A program made the translations under genes and the position numbers. A DNA stretch of 64,000 nucleotides from Minisyncoccota bacterium (GTDB lineage: Bacteria; Patescibacteriota; Minisyncoccia; UBA6257; XYB1-36-10): NCBI GenBank assembly GCA_041651415.1, contig JBAZJH010000001.1:215713-279712 (forward strand), in the 5' to 3' direction. The notes beneath the pieces were generated by a model. The model saw only the letters and a program-made list of their open reading frames with translations, did not search any database and had not been told where the DNA came from. Below, one piece after another: positions 37,047 through 46,944 of this stretch; within the stretch, counting starts at the first letter, position 1, and every line of letters begins with the position of its first letter.

Positions 37047-37531
37047 TATTTTCCTATATGTTTTGACTTAATTTTTTTCAAAGCTTCAATGGTTGCCATA
37101 GCATTCGTCAGTTTATTGGCAGTGCGTCCAAGACATTTAGCGGTGATATCTTTAATACCAAGCATAGAAAGAACAGTCCTGACAGAACTGCCGGCTTTCA
37201 AGCCATGGCCCACAACCGCCGGACGAAGCAGGACTCTGGCCGCACTGTATTTGGCTTCAACTTCATGATTAATAGTGCGTCCGTTTAAAGGTATCAAGAT
37301 AAAGTTCTTCTTCGCTTTAGTTTTGGCTTTATTCACTGCATCCTGAACATCGGAACCTTTGCCGATACCAATTCCCACTTTGCCGTTTTCATTGCCTAAA
37401 ACAACCGTAGCGCGAAAACGAAATCTTTTTCCTCCGGCGACAACACGGGCAACGCGGCGCAAATCAATCACTTTTTCTTTGTAATCGCTGTCTTTCTTTT
37501 TTAATATTTTTCTATTTTTATTAGGAAACAT
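37046..37531 (-). CDS. rpsE: 30S ribosomal protein S5
   Basis: S5 dsRBD region and C-terminal domain (…VVLGNENGKVGIGIGKG…). rplO follows directly, so there is no rpmD (L30) between them. Confidence 0.9.
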   Translation of the reverse strand: MFPNKNRKILKKKDSDYKEKVIDLRRVARVVAGGKRFRFRATVVLGNENGKVGIGIGKGSDVQDAVNKAKTKAKKNFILIPLNGRTINHEVEAKYSAARVLLRPAVVGHGLKAGSSVRTVLSMLGIKDITAKCLGRTANKLTNAMATIEALKKIKSKHIGK

Positions 37532-37542
37532 ATAAGTTTAAA

Positions 37543-37896
37543 TTAAAATTCCAATCCGGCTTCGCGAGCGCCTTCAGCCAAAGATTTTACCCGGCCATGA
37601 TAAGCATAACGACCCCGGTCAAAAACAACTTTTGTTATTCCCGCCTCTTTAGCTTTTTTTCCAACAGCCATTCCGACTTCTTTGGCTTTTTCAGTTTTGT
37701 TTTTTTTATCTTTTTTTATAAGAGAAGAAGAAGCGGAAGCCAAAGTTTTTCCGGTTTCATCATCGATAATTTGAGCGTAAATATATTTGCTGCTTTTAAA
37801 AACGCTTAAACGAGGCCAACCGCCTTTTTTTATCGAGCTCCTCACTTTAATGGCTCTTCTTGCTCTTTTTTTAGTTATTTCCTTTTCTGATTTCAT
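37543..37896 (-). CDS. rplR: 50S ribosomal protein L18
   Basis: …[29 protein letters not shown]… is the L18 fold. Confidence 0.9.
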   Translation of the reverse strand: MKSEKEITKKRARRAIKVRSSIKKGGWPRLSVFKSSKYIYAQIIDDETGKTLASASSSLIKKDKKNKTEKAKEVGMAVGKKAKEAGITKVVFDRGRYAYHGRVKSLAEGAREAGLEF

Positions 37897-37910
37897 AATT
37901 CAATTTAAAA

Positions 37911-38450
37911 TTAACCGCTAACGACTTTCTTTCCCGATTTTCTTAAAATAATTTCTTCGACATATTTTATGCCTTTGCCTTTATAAGGTTCCGGTTTTTT
38001 TATGGCTCTGATATTAGCGGCGGTTTTACCGACTAGGTCTTTATTGAACCCGGAAATTTTGATGAGATTTTTTTCAAGCGCGATTTCTATGCCTTCCGGA
38101 ATAGGAAATTTAACCGGATGAGAAAAACCGACGCTTAAAATAAGATTTTTCCCTTCCAAAGCGGCGCGATAACCGACACCGTTAATTTCTAATTCTTTTT
38201 TAAAACCGAGAGACACACCGAGAACGGCGCCGTTTATCAAACTTCTCAAAGTCCCCCAGTTAGCCCGGCCTTGCTTGATGTTTTTTAAAAGAGAAATTTC
38301 AATAAGATTGTCTTTTATGGCAACATCCGTATAAGGAATGATTTTTATTTTTATTTCCCCTTTCGGCCCTTTTATCAAAATAAAACCATCCGCTTTAGAA
38401 ACGGAAACTTCATTTTTCAATTCTATTGGTTTTTTGCCGATTTTACTCAT
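37911..38450 (-). CDS. rplF: 50S ribosomal protein L6
   Basis: MSKIGKKPIELKNEVSV… two-domain L6. Confidence 0.9.
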   Translation of the reverse strand: MSKIGKKPIELKNEVSVSKADGFILIKGPKGEIKIKIIPYTDVAIKDNLIEISLLKNIKQGRANWGTLRSLINGAVLGVSLGFKKELEINGVGYRAALEGKNLILSVGFSHPVKFPIPEGIEIALEKNLIKISGFNKDLVGKTAANIRAIKKPEPYKGKGIKYVEEIILRKSGKKVVSG

Positions 38451-38456
38451 ATTTTT

Positions 38457-38837
38457 TTACCAGATTTCAAAAAGATATTCGCCGCCCAGTTTTTCTTTTC
38501 TAGCTTTAAACGAATTCATAATGCCTTTCGGAGTGGAAATAATTCCGGCGCCATAACCTTGCTTAACCGGACGCAAATCTTTATAACTTAAATAAACTTT
38601 TTTGGAAGGCTTGCTGAAGAATTTAAGACCGCTGATTATGGGCTGTCCGTTTTCATATAAGAGGTTAACATCAATTATTTTTTTGACTCCTTTCCCCTTC
38701 TTAGAAATAGCGCCAATTATTTTTCTTTCAGACAAAACTCCAAGAATATTAAAAACAAACTCCGAATAAGGAACTTTAATTTTTTCTTTTCCGACAGCTT
38801 GAGCGTTTTTAATTCTGATTAATGAATCTTGATACAT
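38457..38837 (-). CDS. rpsH: 30S ribosomal protein S8
   Basis: MYQDSLIRIKNAQAV… and C-terminal …GGEYLFEIW. Confidence 0.9.
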   Translation of the reverse strand: MYQDSLIRIKNAQAVGKEKIKVPYSEFVFNILGVLSERKIIGAISKKGKGVKKIIDVNLLYENGQPIISGLKFFSKPSKKVYLSYKDLRPVKQGYGAGIISTPKGIMNSFKARKEKLGGEYLFEIW

Positions 38838-38849
38838 AGACTTTTAAAC

Positions 38850-39035
38850 TTACCAGCTTGCTTTTTTAATTCCTGGAATTTGTCCGCGACTCGCCATTTC
38901 TCGAAAACAAATACGGCAAAGACCAAAATCTTTCAAATATCCTCTTTTGCGGCCGCAGCGAAAACATCTCGAAACTAAGCGAGAGGAAAATTTGGGTTTC
39001 TTTTTCGCGCGAGCGATTACTGATTTTTTAGCCAT
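38850..39035 (-). CDS. rpsZ: 30S ribosomal protein S14 type Z (zinc-binding)
   Basis: 61 aa with a CxxC…CxxC zinc ribbon ([10 protein letters not shown]…CRICFRE). Confidence 0.9.
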   Translation of the reverse strand: MAKKSVIARAKKKPKFSSRLVSRCFRCGRKRGYLKDFGLCRICFREMASRGQIPGIKKASW

Positions 39036-39582
39036 GTTTTATAGGGACTTTTATTTCTTTTAAAAACTCAACTGATTTTTGACGGTTGCGAAATTTCGGA
39101 ATAACGGAAACTTCCAAACCAAAGGAAATTTTAGATTCTTCCGGAACTATTTCAGGAAAGATTGATTTATCGCGAAGACCGATGTTTAAAACGCCGCTCT
39201 TATCTACAGAGCTTGGCTTTAGTCCCCGAAAGTCCTTGATACGAGGTAGAACTATATTAATCAATCTGTCCAAAAAATCAACTGCGCGCTTTTTTCTCAA
39301 GGTTACTTTAAGACCGATAATCTGGCCGATTCTAAGCTTGAACCCGGAGATAGCGGATTTTGATTTGATAACCTCGGCTTTCTGGCCGGTGATAAGGCCA
39401 AGTTCTTTAATAAGTTCAGGAACAACTCTTGATTCAAAATCATTAGCCTGGCTCATTCTGCCGACACCGACATTAATAACAACTTTTTCTATTTTTCCTT
39501 TATATTTTTTATCCATAAAATTATTCAAGCCGAGTTTGGCATTTTTTGCAGATGCGAGCCTTTTTATTTTTATTATCCGCAT
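39028..39582 (-). CDS. rplE: 50S ribosomal protein L5
   Basis: …[23 protein letters not shown]… aligns with the L5 N-terminus (…FNY.SVMQVPKIEKIVINMGVG). The start at 39582 overlaps the rplX 3' end by ~60 nt. An alternative ATG at 39516 would remove the conserved N-terminus. Confidence 0.8.
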   Translation of the reverse strand: MRIIKIKRLASAKNAKLGLNNFMDKKYKGKIEKVVINVGVGRMSQANDFESRVVPELIKELGLITGQKAEVIKSKSAISGFKLRIGQIIGLKVTLRKKRAVDFLDRLINIVLPRIKDFRGLKPSSVDKSGVLNIGLRDKSIFPEIVPEESKISFGLEVSVIPKFRNRQKSVEFLKEIKVPIKHG

Positions 39583-39853
39583 TTTCCAGAATATAGCCGA
39601 CCCTGGAGGCTTTTTTGCAATTCGGACAAAGAAGAGCAATATTGGAAATATCAACCGCTCTCGGAACGGAAATTATCTCTCCTTTTTCTCCCTGGCGTTT
39701 CGGACGCTTATTTTTTTTAAGCAAATTCAAACCTTCGATAACCGCCTTTCTCAAAGAAGAGTCAACTTTAATGACTTTTCCCGTTTTGCCGCGGTCTTTA
39801 CCAGCCAGCATTTTTATAATGTCTCCTTTTTTTATCTTCATATTTTTAGACAA
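39521..39853 (-). CDS. rplX: 50S ribosomal protein L24 with C-terminal zinc-ribbon extension
   Basis: KOW motif (KKGDIIKMLAGKDRGKTGKV) plus CPNCKK…CKKCQ tail. Confidence 0.9.
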   Translation of the reverse strand: MSKNMKIKKGDIIKMLAGKDRGKTGKVIKVDSSLRKAVIEGLNLLKKNKRPKRQGEKGEIISVPRAVDISNIALLCPNCKKASRVGYILENADNKNKKARICKKCQTRLE

Positions 39854-40214
39854 TTTCTTCAGCTAAGTTGGCAATTTTATCGTAACCCCTTTGTTTTATT
39901 TCTTTCGGAATCGGCCCAAAGACGCGGGTAGCCACCGGTTCTTTTTTCGCGTCAACAATAACCACGGCATTTTCGTCAAATCTGATGTAAGAACCGTCGT
40001 CTCTTTTTGTTTCTTTTCTCTGTCTCACGACAACCGCTTTTACTATGTCTTTCTTTTTGATATTTTTCCGCGGTTCGGCCACTTTGACGGAAGCGACAAT
40101 AATATCGCCAAGACGCGCATAATGACGGCGGGTGCCTCCTAAAATGCGAAAACACTGCACGATTTTCGCGCCTGAATTGTCCGCCACCTTAAGCATTGAT
40201 CTTTCTTGAATCAT
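39846..40214 (-). CDS. rplN: 50S ribosomal protein L14
   Basis: MIQERSMLKVADNSGAK… is the L14 signature. Confidence 0.9.
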   Translation of the reverse strand: MIQERSMLKVADNSGAKIVQCFRILGGTRRHYARLGDIIVASVKVAEPRKNIKKKDIVKAVVVRQRKETKRDDGSYIRFDENAVVIVDAKKEPVATRVFGPIPKEIKQRGYDKIANLAEEIV

Positions 40215-40215
40215 G

Positions 40216-40455
40216 TTATTTTATTTCTTTTTTTCCGATTATTGTCCATCTTTTTTCTTTGGAGATAGGGCGGCTTTCTTCAAGCAGAACAAAATCCCCC
40301 GTTTTGAATTCATTCTTTTCGTCATGAGCTTTCAGTTTGGAAGAAACGCGGAAATATTTTCTGTATTTCGGATGCTTTTTCAAACGTTCAATCAAAACAA
40401 CTCTGGTTTTATCCATTTTGTCAGAGACTATTTTTCCCGATAATTTTCTTCTCAT
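40216..40455 (-). CDS. rpsQ: 30S ribosomal protein S17
   Basis: …[30 protein letters not shown]… S17 OB fold. Confidence 0.9.
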   Translation of the reverse strand: MRRKLSGKIVSDKMDKTRVVLIERLKKHPKYRKYFRVSSKLKAHDEKNEFKTGDFVLLEESRPISKEKRWTIIGKKEIK

Positions 40456-40466
40456 ATTTTTTAAAT

Positions 40467-40667
40467 TTATTTTTCCTGCTTTTTAAGAATAGTAAAGATT
40501 CTCGCGATTTCTTTTTTGGTATTTTTTATTTCTTTCACATTCTTTATCTTTCCGGCAGCCAAGTCAAATCTAAGAGAGCGCAAGCTTTCTTTTTTATCCG
40601 AAACGGATTTCAAAAGTTCCGCTTCCGATTTATTCATTATTTCTTCCAAAAATTTTTTTCTTTTCAT
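40467..40667 (-). CDS. rpmC: 50S ribosomal protein L29
   Basis: 66-aa helical protein. Position between rplP and rpsQ. Confidence 0.85.
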   Translation of the reverse strand: MKRKKFLEEIMNKSEAELLKSVSDKKESLRSLRFDLAAGKIKNVKEIKNTKKEIARIFTILKKQEK

Positions 40668-40668
40668 A

Positions 40669-41082
40669 TTAGTCTTTAATCAATACTTTGGTTTTAAAAG
40701 GAAGCTTGTGGCCGGCCAAGCGAAAAGCGGCGCGAGCTTTTTCTTCGGAAACACCGTCGATTTCAAAAAGAACCCGTCCGTTTCTGACCGGAAAAACATA
40801 TTTATCAACCGGACCTTTTCCGCCTCCCATAGTAACTTCCGGAGGCCTTTTTGTCACCGGTTTATCCGGAAAAACGCGAATCCAAACCTTGCCTTCCCTT
40901 TTCAAGTGATTAGTGATGGCGCGGCGGGCAGCTTCAATCTGAGCGGAAGTAAGCCATTTTGATTCAAGGGCTTGAATGCCGTATTTTCCGAAAGCGACAT
41001 AATTGCCGCGAGTTTCAACCGTTCTTTTTTTAGAACGTCCTTTCTGCCATTTTCTATGTTTTACTTTTTTAGGAATAAGCAT
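40669..41082 (-). CDS. rplP: 50S ribosomal protein L16
   Basis: MLIPKKVKHRKWQKGR… is the L16 signature. Confidence 0.9.
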   Translation of the reverse strand: MLIPKKVKHRKWQKGRSKKRTVETRGNYVAFGKYGIQALESKWLTSAQIEAARRAITNHLKREGKVWIRVFPDKPVTKRPPEVTMGGGKGPVDKYVFPVRNGRVLFEIDGVSEEKARAAFRLAGHKLPFKTKVLIKD

Positions 41083-41097
41083 GGTGAAAAATTAAAA

Positions 41098-41787
41098 TTA
41101 CTTTTGGGATTTATTCTCCGCAACCGGCTTTTCGGCAAAAATTTCGCCTTTATTTATCCAAACCTTTACGCCAATCGTTCCGAAAGTCGTAAAAGCAGTA
41201 GCGTCTCCGTAATCAATATCGGCTCTCAAGGTTTGAAGAGGAATCGTGCCTTTTGCCAGCCATTCGGTGCGGGCAATCTCCGCTCCGTCCAAACGTCCGG
41301 AAACTTTTATTTTTACTCCTTTGACATCCCTGTTCTGTTCCGCCAGCTCGATGTATTTTTTTAAAGTCCTTCTGAATTTAAATCTTTTCTCCAGGTCCCA
41401 AGCTATTTGCTGAGCCATCAGAACAGCGGAAATTTCCGTTCTCTTTAACTCTTCGATATTAAGATTGATGGGAAAATTTTTTTTCGTGTCTTTGGTGGTT
41501 TTCTTCAAAGCTTTAACTATGGCTTTATTCAAGTCTTCTATCCCCTGTCCGCCGCGGCCGATAATAAGGCCCGGGCGAGCGGCGCGGATGTGAATTTTGC
41601 ATTCGTTTCCGGTTCTTTCGATTTCAATCGAAACAATACCGCCGGCGCTGATTTTTTTATTGATGACATGCCTGATAATTTCATCTTGTTCAAGAAAATC
41701 TTTAAAACCTTCCTTGAAAAACCACCTTGATTTCCAAGGTTTCATAATTCCTAAACGAAATGAGTCGGGCCTGATTTTGTGTCCCAT
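41098..41787 (-). CDS. rpsC: 30S ribosomal protein S3
   Basis: MGHKIRPDSFRLGI… KH domain plus S3 C-terminal domain. Confidence 0.9.
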   Translation of the reverse strand: MGHKIRPDSFRLGIMKPWKSRWFFKEGFKDFLEQDEIIRHVINKKISAGGIVSIEIERTGNECKIHIRAARPGLIIGRGGQGIEDLNKAIVKALKKTTKDTKKNFPINLNIEELKRTEISAVLMAQQIAWDLEKRFKFRRTLKKYIELAEQNRDVKGVKIKVSGRLDGAEIARTEWLAKGTIPLQTLRADIDYGDATAFTTFGTIGVKVWINKGEIFAEKPVAENKSQK

Positions 41788-41807
41788 AGTGATAATTTAA
41801 AATTTAA

Positions 41808-42344
41808 TTAAACGGATTTTCGGCGGAACATTTGTTTGAAGAATCCTTTTTCTTTCGCCACTTCTTTTCTGCCCGTTTTTTCGACTTCTTTTTCCATAAT
41901 CTTTTTGGAAGATTCTTTTTTCAATTCCGGTTTTTTACCCGCTTTTTCTTCTTTCTTCTCTTTTTTCTTTTTGATGATATTGAACTTGGCTTTAAAATTC
42001 TTGTCTTTAATTTCATCAAGAACAAGAGAAATATGGCTGCATTTTCTTTGAATCGGAGAAGCGGAACCGCGGGCGCGGGGAAGAAATCTTTTAAGCTTCG
42101 GACCTTCGTTGACAATAATGTTTTTTACAAAAAGAGCGTCCGAATTGAGATTCTTGTTTTTTTCCTTGGCGGAAGAAACGGCGGAACGAATAAGCTTCAA
42201 TATGGGAAGAGCGGAACGTTTGGACATTAAAATAAGCTCCGCTTCCGCAGAATTAACCGGCATGCCTTTAATCAAGTTCGCGATCAAGCGGACCTTTCTT
42301 GGAGCCATGCGTAAATAATTGAGTTGTGCTTTTTGTTCCGTCAT
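41808..42344 (-). CDS. rplV: 50S ribosomal protein L22 with Lys-rich C-terminal extension
   Basis: …AQLNYLRMAPRKVRLIANLIKGMPV… L22 core. ~60-aa K/E-rich tail. Confidence 0.9.
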   Translation of the reverse strand: MTEQKAQLNYLRMAPRKVRLIANLIKGMPVNSAEAELILMSKRSALPILKLIRSAVSSAKEKNKNLNSDALFVKNIIVNEGPKLKRFLPRARGSASPIQRKCSHISLVLDEIKDKNFKAKFNIIKKKKEKKEEKAGKKPELKKESSKKIMEKEVEKTGRKEVAKEKGFFKQMFRRKSV

Positions 42345-42351
42345 ATTTTAT

Positions 42352-42663
42352 TTATTTAGCGGGAGCGGCGGGAGCCGGTTTTGCCGCCGAACCTTTTTCA
42401 ATATCTCTTTGCATTTTTCCGCCGTGGCGAACAAATTTTCTGGTCGGAGAAAATTCCCCCAAACGATGCCCGACCATATCTTCAACCACTTTAACTTCAA
42501 TGAATTCTTTTCCGTTATAAACGCCAAAAGCGCGACCAATCATTTCAGGCGAAATTTCCGAAGCGCGGGACCAGGTTTTAATAACTTCGCCCGGCTTGGA
42601 TTTTTCCATTTTTTTCAACAATTTTTGGTCAACGAACGGACCTTTTTTAAGTGAGCGCGACAT
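42352..42663 (-). CDS. rpsS: 30S ribosomal protein S19
   Basis: [12 protein letters not shown]…GHRLGEF… is the S19 signature. Confidence 0.9.
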   Translation of the reverse strand: MSRSLKKGPFVDQKLLKKMEKSKPGEVIKTWSRASEISPEMIGRAFGVYNGKEFIEVKVVEDMVGHRLGEFSPTRKFVRHGGKMQRDIEKGSAAKPAPAAPAK

Positions 42664-42665
42664 AA

Positions 42666-43496
42666 TTATTTTTTCTTATTTCTTCTTTCTATAATGAATA
42701 AATTGGATTTCTTTTTCTTGTTTCTGGTTCGGCGACCGCCAGTAACATTGCCCCAAATATCTTTCGGGCGCTTGGTGCCTCTTTGCGTGCGGCCTTCGCC
42801 GCCGCCATAAGGATGGTCAACCGGATTCATAACCGAACCGCGGACAGTGGGACGAATGCCAAGCCAGCGAGAACGTCCGGCTTTTCCGGAAACAACCAGA
42901 TTGTTTTCCGGATTGGAAGCGCGCCCCAAAGTGGCAAAACCGGCGGAAGGAACCTTTCTGATTTCGCCGGAAGGCATTTTCAAATGAGTGAATTTTCCTT
43001 CAAGAGCCGCCACTTCCACAAAAGAGCCGGCGGAACGAGCAATTTGCCCGCCTTTATTTGGAGAAAGTTCAACATTAAAGATTTGATAGCCAACCGGAAT
43101 TCTGTTTAAAGGAAGACGATTGCCATTCTTCAAAGGAGCTTTATCACCAGTCATAACAGAATCGCCGACCTTAAGATCATGGGCCGCTAAAATATAACTT
43201 CTTTCTCCGGTTTTGTAAACGATACGAGCGATAAAAGCGGAACGATAAGGGTCGTATTCAAGATGTTCCACTTTAGCCGGAATATTCAAAAAGCTTTGTT
43301 TGAAATCAATGAGGCGATAAAGTTTTTTATGGCCTCCGCCTTGATGACGAACAGTAATGCGGCCGGCGGAATTGCGGCCGGAACGGGAAGAAATTTTTAT
43401 CAAAAGTTTCTTTAAAGGCTCCACTTTAGAAAGGGAGGAAAAATCCGCAAGAATCATTTGGCGCCTGCCGGGCGTTCGGGGATTAAATTTTTTCAT
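42666..43496 (-). CDS. rplB: 50S ribosomal protein L2
   Basis: …[19 protein letters not shown]… and …HPYGGGEGR… L2 signatures. Confidence 0.9.
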   Translation of the reverse strand: MKKFNPRTPGRRQMILADFSSLSKVEPLKKLLIKISSRSGRNSAGRITVRHQGGGHKKLYRLIDFKQSFLNIPAKVEHLEYDPYRSAFIARIVYKTGERSYILAAHDLKVGDSVMTGDKAPLKNGNRLPLNRIPVGYQIFNVELSPNKGGQIARSAGSFVEVAALEGKFTHLKMPSGEIRKVPSAGFATLGRASNPENNLVVSGKAGRSRWLGIRPTVRGSVMNPVDHPYGGGEGRTQRGTKRPKDIWGNVTGGRRTRNKKKKSNLFIIERRNKKK

Positions 43497-43499
43497 ATT

Positions 43500-43778
43500 T
43501 TATTCGGGAAGCGTGTCTATTTTTTGGCCTTTTTTCAGGGTAACGATTATTTTTCTTTTGCCTTCCTGTTTGGAAAACTTGGAACCGAATCTTTTCTTTT
43601 TTCCCGGAAGATTAATAATGTTCGCTTTAATAACATTAACAGAATAAAGGCGTTCAATAATTTTTTTCGCTTCCGAAGAGGAGGAATTTTTATTAATCAA
43701 AAAAATGTATTTTCCGGAACTGCCGAGGTCAACGGATTTTTCAGTGATATAAGGTTTTTTTAGTAAAAGCGGATTCAT
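43500..43778 (-). CDS. rplW: 50S ribosomal protein L23
   Basis: 92 aa. …KPYITEKSV…KYIFLI… L23 fold. Confidence 0.9.
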   Translation of the reverse strand: MNPLLLKKPYITEKSVDLGSSGKYIFLINKNSSSSEAKKIIERLYSVNVIKANIINLPGKKKRFGSKFSKQEGKRKIIVTLKKGQKIDTLPE

Positions 43779-43784
43779 ATTTTT

Positions 43785-44453
43785 TTATTTCGTTTTAGCA
43801 TCAGCGGTTCCGACCGCGGATTTTCCAAAATGGCTGATAATCGTGGAAACAGCGTCTTTTTCTATAAAAATATCACGATAAACGGAGAGGTCGTAAACGT
43901 TCAAAGATTCAGGATTAATAGAAAGAACTTTCGGAATATTTTTAGTTGCCCGATTAAAATCGCGATTTTCTTTAGCCGGCACAAAAGCGGCGCTCACTTT
44001 ATTTTTTTCGGCAAAAAGATTTTTGACTATGGAAGCCGCTTCTTTTGTTTTTGGAGAACTTAATTTCAAAGAATCGATTATCTTAAGATTTCCGTCTTTT
44101 ACTTTTTTAGACAAAAGAGAAAACAAAGCGGCAACTTTCTGCTTTTTATTTATTTTTTTATCAAAACTTATGGCCGGATTAGGACCATGAGTAACACCGC
44201 CGCCTTTCCAAAGCGGAGAACGAATGGAGCCGTGGCGGGCGCGGCCGGTACCTTTTTGTTTCCAAGGTTTTTTGCCGCCGCCTTGCACCTCTCCCCTATT
44301 TTTGACGCTAGCCACAACTTCGCGAGAATTGGAACGCTGAACTTCATAAGCGAAATGAACCAGTTCTGGATTCCAATCGGCGGAGAAAGCAAAATCAGGC
44401 AAATCCATTTCGCCCACTTTTTTGTTTTTTATGTTGTAGATATCGGCAATCAT
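43785..44453 (-). CDS. rplD: 50S ribosomal protein L4
   Basis: …KNRGEVQGGGKKPWKQKGTGRARHGSIRSPLWKGGGV… L4 signature. Confidence 0.9.
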   Translation of the reverse strand: MIADIYNIKNKKVGEMDLPDFAFSADWNPELVHFAYEVQRSNSREVVASVKNRGEVQGGGKKPWKQKGTGRARHGSIRSPLWKGGGVTHGPNPAISFDKKINKKQKVAALFSLLSKKVKDGNLKIIDSLKLSSPKTKEAASIVKNLFAEKNKVSAAFVPAKENRDFNRATKNIPKVLSINPESLNVYDLSVYRDIFIEKDAVSTIISHFGKSAVGTADAKTK

Positions 44454-44458
44454 TTTTT

Positions 44459-45013
44459 TTATTTCTTTATTTCCAAAACGGAACCGTTAAATCCCGGAAC
44501 CGCTCCCATAATAAACAAAGTGTTGTCTTCTTTATTGACTTTAACCACGGTCAGATTTTTGACGGAAACTTTTTTCAAACCGTCGTGGCCGGCCATACGA
44601 AGACCTTTCCTGACTTTTTGAACGCCACCGGCGCCAAGAGAGCCCGGGGCGCGATGGCGGTCTTTTTGTCCATGGCTTTTCGGTCCGCCATGGAAACCAT
44701 GCCTTTTAATGGCGCTCTGAAATCCTTTGCCGCGGGAAATCCCCGAAACAACAACTTTATCCCCTTCATTAAAAAGGGAAACATCTAAGACGTCTCCTTT
44801 TTTGATTTCTTTTGATTCCGAGCGGAATTCCCTTAAAACTTTTCTTTTGCCGATAGGCATAGAAACTTGAATCGCTTCGTAACCGTGTTTATCCAAGTTG
44901 CGAAGATTGGAGACAGTGTTCGGTTCGGCTTTAATAACCGTGACCGGAACCACTTTTTCATTTTGCCAAATCTGGCTCATTTTAACTTTTTTTCCAAGGA
45001 TAAACTTATTCAT
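44459..45013 (-). CDS. rplC: 50S ribosomal protein L3
   Basis: …LGKKVKMSQIWQNEKVVPVTVI… and …GKGFQSAIKRHGFHGGP… L3 signatures. Confidence 0.9.
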   Translation of the reverse strand: MNKFILGKKVKMSQIWQNEKVVPVTVIKAEPNTVSNLRNLDKHGYEAIQVSMPIGKRKVLREFRSESKEIKKGDVLDVSLFNEGDKVVVSGISRGKGFQSAIKRHGFHGGPKSHGQKDRHRAPGSLGAGGVQKVRKGLRMAGHDGLKKVSVKNLTVVKVNKEDNTLFIMGAVPGFNGSVLEIKK

Positions 45014-45260
45014 AATTTTTCAAAAAAATAAAGGGCGGGCCCTTCAATAGTTTGAAATTAACCCATTTACGCGTGTCCTGAATTATAAAGCATCAGAAAG
45101 GGTAATGTCAAGAGAAAAAAACAACAGCAATAAATAGATAAAACTTTACATCCCAACGCGAGGGTTCGCGGAGATTTAATAATCTTTTTTTTGCTAAAAG
45201 AAACAAAAATCCCTCTGTTTTATTATAGAGGGATTTTTGAAAGAAATAGATAGAACTTAT

Positions 45261-45605
45261 TTATACAGCGGAGCCGACGCCAACCATTTTGATTTCCACA
45301 TCAATACCGGCGGGAAGATTCAGATTGGAAAGCGATTCGATGATCACGCGGTTCGGATTCAAGATATCAATCAATCTTTTGTGAACGCGAAGCTCAAACT
45401 GTTCGCGAGAATCCTTATGGACAAAAGTGGAACGATTAACGGTGTAGCGCTTTATTTCAGTAGGCAAAGGAATCGGACCGACGATTTCGCCGCCATTCCT
45501 TTCTGCTGTGTCAATGATTTGATGGCAAGAATTATCAACGAGCTTATGGTCGTAACCCTTGACCCTAAGGCGCAAATACTCCGCTTGTCCCTTCTTTTTT
45601 ACCAT
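45261..45605 (-). CDS. rpsJ: 30S ribosomal protein S10
   Basis: …LRLRVKGYDHKLVDNSCHQIIDTAERNGGEIVGPIPLPT… S10 signature. Confidence 0.9.
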   Translation of the reverse strand: MVKKKGQAEYLRLRVKGYDHKLVDNSCHQIIDTAERNGGEIVGPIPLPTEIKRYTVNRSTFVHKDSREQFELRVHKRLIDILNPNRVIIESLSNLNLPAGIDVEIKMVGVGSAV

Positions 45606-45607
45606 AT

Positions 45608-46807
45608 TTATTTATTGATTTTTGTAACAACTCCGGCGCCAACGGTTTTTCCTCCTTCGCGGATAGCAAATCTCTGGCGTTCCTCAAGAGCAACTGGGGA
45701 AATAAGTTTCACTTTGAAAGTGACAGTGTCGCCCGGCATAACCATTTCCACGCCAGCTGGAAGTTCAACTTCTCCGGTGACATCGGTGGTTCTGATGTAA
45801 AACTGAGGTTTGTATCCTTTGAAAAACGGAGTATGACGGCCGCCTTCCTCTTTATTTAAGACATAGATTTCGGCGTCAAATTCGGAATGAGGAGTAACGG
45901 AACCAGGTTTTGCAAGAACTTGTCCGCGTTCCACATCTTCTTTCTTAAGCCCGCGGATAAGGATTCCAACATTGTCTCCGGCTTGTCCTTCATCCAAAGT
46001 TTTATTAAACATTTCAATTCCGGTAACAACGGTTTTTTGAGTGTCGCGAAGACCGATAATTTCGATTTCTTCGTTGACCTTAACAACGCCTCTCTCAATA
46101 CGGCCGGTAACGACCGTTCCTCTTCCTTCAATGGAGAAAATATCTTCTATAGGCATAAGGAAAGGCTTGTCGAGTTCGCGAACCGGATCAGGAATGTAGC
46201 TATCCATAGCATCGATCAAATCAAGAATGCATTTGGCTTCCGGAGCATCAATTGAGATTGCTTCAAGAGCTTTAAGAGCGGAACCACGGATAATCGGCGT
46301 GTTGTCTCCGTCAAATTCATATTTTTTAAGGAGCTCGCGAATTTCGGATTCAACAAGGTCAATAAGTTCCGGGTCATCAACCATATCGCACTTATTCAAG
46401 AAAACTATAATTTTTGGAACACCAACCTGGTGAGCAAGAAGAATGTGTTCGCGGGTTTGAGGCATCGGGCCGTCTGTTGCCGCCACCACAAGAACCGCGC
46501 CGTCCATCTGAGCGGCTCCGGTAATCATGTTTTTAATGTAGTCGGCGTGTCCGGGAGCATCAATGTGGGCGTAGTGCCTCTTTTCCGATTCATATTCCGA
46601 ATGATGCAAAGCGATAGTGATACCGCGTTGCTTTTCTTCCGGTGCATTATCAATTTGGTCGACTTTCTCTTCTTTTTTGGCTAAACCTTTTTTAAAAAGG
46701 ATGTGGGTAATAGCCGCAGTGAGCGTAGTCTTGCCGTGATCAACGTGGCCGATTGTGCCAACATTGACGTGCGGTTTGGAACGCTGAAATTTTTCTTTTT
46801 CTGCCAT
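45608..46807 (-). CDS. tuf: elongation factor Tu
   Basis: [23 protein letters not shown]-motifs. 399 aa. Confidence 0.95.
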   Translation of the reverse strand: MAEKEKFQRSKPHVNVGTIGHVDHGKTTLTAAITHILFKKGLAKKEEKVDQIDNAPEEKQRGITIALHHSEYESEKRHYAHIDAPGHADYIKNMITGAAQMDGAVLVVAATDGPMPQTREHILLAHQVGVPKIIVFLNKCDMVDDPELIDLVESEIRELLKKYEFDGDNTPIIRGSALKALEAISIDAPEAKCILDLIDAMDSYIPDPVRELDKPFLMPIEDIFSIEGRGTVVTGRIERGVVKVNEEIEIIGLRDTQKTVVTGIEMFNKTLDEGQAGDNVGILIRGLKKEDVERGQVLAKPGSVTPHSEFDAEIYVLNKEEGGRHTPFFKGYKPQFYIRTTDVTGEVELPAGVEMVMPGDTVTFKVKLISPVALEERQRFAIREGGKTVGAGVVTKINK

Positions 46808-46944
46808 ATTATTAGATTAATAAATAATAATTAATTTTAAAAAACTTTATTCTTTTTCGCAATTCTTATTTTAAGGCAAAAGCCTTAGTTTTGTCAATAA
46901 GGTTTTGCATATAAAATTTATTTTATAAATTTTAGACGAAGCTC

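Noticed and set aside
39086-39931. 281-aa plus-strand ORF and many other 60-180-aa ORFs antisense to ribosomal protein, tuf, fusA and lepA genes
   Set aside because: They lie wholly within strongly supported minus-strand genes. They are low-complexity shadow frames with no ribosome-binding site and have F/S/R-rich composition typical of antisense frames.
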